A DNA stretch of 49,083 nt, the filler included, from Porpidia crustulata (lineage: Eukaryota), in assembly GCA_964255105.1 (NCBI GenBank). It is 2 parts of 2 records of this genome, joined end to end, with 100 filler letters (N's around TTAATTAATTAA, not from the genome) between each part and the next. Parts side by side here need not be neighbours in the genome. Positions count along the whole stretch, not along the records: positions 24,599 to 49,083 come from CAXUWE010000058.1; 1 more part is not named here. One strand, given 5' to 3'. Position numbers and translations under genes: made by a program. Under the pieces are notes generated by a model that saw nothing but the letters and a program-made list of their open reading frames with translations, ran no database searches and was not told the DNA's origin. How positions within the stretch are numbered: position 1 is the stretch's first letter; each line of letters starts with the position of its first letter. Below are positions 48,000 through 49,083 of this stretch, piece by piece.

Positions 48000-49083
48000 A
48001 GGAGGCCTTCCTTTATGATTCAATGTTAATTTACGACACGCCCTCGAGCTGGTTTTTTTTTTTTTTTCAAAGGATCACAAATTTGGTATGGTTTTGTTTT
48101 ATCAGCGGTCTTGTTTTTCCAGAGATACGAAGCCACATATTACAGTTCGGACGTTTTTATTTCTTGAGGCTGGACCTAGTCGATTGGCTACCCACCTGTG
48201 GCCCAGATCAAGAATTCTGGCGGTATTGGAAGGCCGTCCACAACGACACGGTCTCGGTTTGGTCCTTTTCGTCCTGCGAGTTTGCGGAAATTCATGAAAT
48301 GGAGTTTGCGTGATTTTTTGACTTTTGCATTGGCGCAGCATGAGATACCCCAGGGGCCCAATGTTTTTAGGAGTCGTGTCAGCATCAAGTCTTGTCATTA
48401 CAGTTGCAATCCGGATAGCGTGGCGTTTTTTTCGTCCTCCTCCAGAAGTCGTGTTGGTAGCAAATTCTTGTACCTCAGTTACGAGTCTCGAAGCACTATG
48501 AACACCATGGCGTTTGTTTTTTTTTCAAAAGTCATGTCGGCAGCAAATTCTTGTATTTATTCTAGTCGTAAATTCCAAAGCTCATAGTTTACAGTAGCTG
48601 ATGTTTGGGAGATGATGTGCCGTAAACGTGATGAGGGAAATGGTGATGATAAGATGTAAGGATTGACTCGTAGAACATGGTGCTGTTGACAGACAACGAG
48701 GGTTGGTGGGGTGAGGTGGTGAGTTCTGGTGTTTGGTGCTTGGTGTGCTGGTAAGGTATGTATGATTATGATGAGTCTTTGAAGTCATGGAAATGTTGCG
48801 ACACTGTGTTGGATTCACGCGTTGGATTTTAGAAAGTTTGGTGTGGAAATTGTGATGTGAAAGTGTTCGAGGGTTTCCTTTTATAGATGCAGTGAGAGAG
48901 GATGCAATTGGAGAGGGTTTGGTATGGTATGGTGAGTGAAGTTTCTCTCTTTATTATCGTGAGAAAGTAGATAGTCCGTCATTTCCATATTTATTCATTC
49001 CCATCCCCGTTCCCATCCCCACTCCCACAAAGAGAAATACATCATCTTACCAATTCAGATCCCTATTATATCTACTAATACAT

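Overview
This is intron-containing DNA from a filamentous ascomycete (Pezizomycotina, inferred from gene content and GT-AG introns with CTRAC-type branch points). The left half holds conserved minus-strand genes: a Sac-domain phosphoinositide phosphatase, a class II cAMP phosphodiesterase, an Ssh4/Ear1-like SPRY protein, a UCH37-type deubiquitinase, a Zn2Cys6 transcription factor and transportin/Kap104. A 109-bp Tc1/mariner-type MITE lies at 6692-6800. An artificial scaffold linker (N44-TTAATTAATTAA-N44) sits at 24499-24598. After it come a Q/G/Y-rich exon, an SDR, a roughly 13-kb accessory region, the head-to-head RPS0 / mitochondrial uS15 pair and a large low-complexity protein. The most interesting feature is a three-gene block bracketed by diverged ~190-bp direct repeats: (1) a caspase-like (His-Cys dyad) protease fused to a HeLo-associated-type pseudokinase, which carries one in-frame TGA; (2) a head-to-head partner 215 bp away encoding an apparently active kinase-SEL1-ankyrin protein; (3) a DUF6594-like membrane protein. 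By inference this is a candidate fungal immunity or regulated cell-death module. Exon boundaries were read by eye and no database searches were run.
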